The position numbers and the translations under genes were made by a program. From assembly GCA_002685895.1 (NCBI GenBank), contig NYYK01000002.1, positions 1 through 39,294 on the forward strand: a DNA stretch of 39,294 nt, in the 5' to 3' direction. The notes beneath the pieces were generated by a model. That model was not told the DNA's origin. It saw only the letters and a list, made by a program, of their open reading frames with translations, and did not search any database. Below, piece by piece: positions 38,947-39,294 of the stretch. Within the stretch, counting starts at the first letter, position 1. Each line of letters starts with the position of its first letter. The DNA comes from Methanobacteriota archaeon (GTDB lineage: Archaea; Thermoplasmatota; Poseidoniia; Poseidoniales; Thalassarchaeaceae).

Positions 38947-39294
38947 ATGGATCGAAGGACAGTTACTCTACTTGGCATTCCCATAGATGCCATCAGGCAA
39001 AAAGAAGCAATTCAGATCATTTTGGAAATGCTTGAGGGTGGACATCTTAAACGGTTCTTTAAGGTGGGAGGACAGCACCATGTGATTACTCCCAACAGCG
39101 AGATGCTTGTTGAGTCATTCAAGAACGAAAAGTTCCGTGAAGTTCTCCAGTTGGCAAGTTTAAATATTCCAGATAGCGTTGGGCTTTTGTATGCTGCAAA
39201 ATTCAAAGGAAAAAAACTCCCGGAGCGCGTAACCGGAGTTGATACAGTTGTAAAACTTTGCAGTCAGCTTCCCAAAAAACATTCAGTATTTTTA
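38947..39294 (+). CDS. WecB/TagA/CpsF family glycosyltransferase (5' part, runs off the window)
   Basis: manual translation MDRRTVTLLGIPIDA...HVITPNSE...LNIPDSVG...ERVTGVD. Confidence 0.9.
   Translation, partial: MDRRTVTLLGIPIDAIRQKEAIQIILEMLEGGHLKRFFKVGGQHHVITPNSEMLVESFKNEKFREVLQLASLNIPDSVGLLYAAKFKGKKLPERVTGVDTVVKLCSQLPKKHSVFL

Overview
Bacterial chromosomal window in genetic code 11 (TGA is used as a stop and prfB keeps its CTT-TGA frameshift). Gene content and style suggest a CPR/Patescibacteria organism, most plausibly Peregrinibacteria/Peribacteria-like; this is an inference. Contents in order: a SGNH / carbamoyltransferase / SxtJ-like / DUF5989 cluster, a site-2 protease, rpmB, a GGQ ribosome-rescue-type factor, and an ECF sigma with a DUF5667 anti-sigma whose promoter is visibly duplicated. 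Next is tRNA-Ser(CGA), followed by a ~7.3 kb island bounded by a 10-bp repeat of the tRNA 3' end. The island encodes only a short large-serine recombinase and a 1780-aa M48-metallopeptidase / ABC1(UbiB)-kinase-like fusion. Then come a stand-alone bacterial histone, prfB, infC-rpmI-rplT, a complete Na+-type V/A-ATPase operon interrupted by extra ORFs, a NIF3-like gene, flavodoxin with 2-oxoacid oxidoreductase, GT2, trmD, DUF167, DsbA and a partial WecB/TagA gene. Three non-gene signals stand out: about 20 degenerate 6-9 bp tandem arrays (often inverted pairs, often starting at stop codons, two inside a CDS, none seen in the island); several REP-like palindromes inserted in frame into proteins; and unusual initiation signals (-10 boxes 6-8 nt before ATG, or C-rich leaders in place of Shine-Dalgarno).
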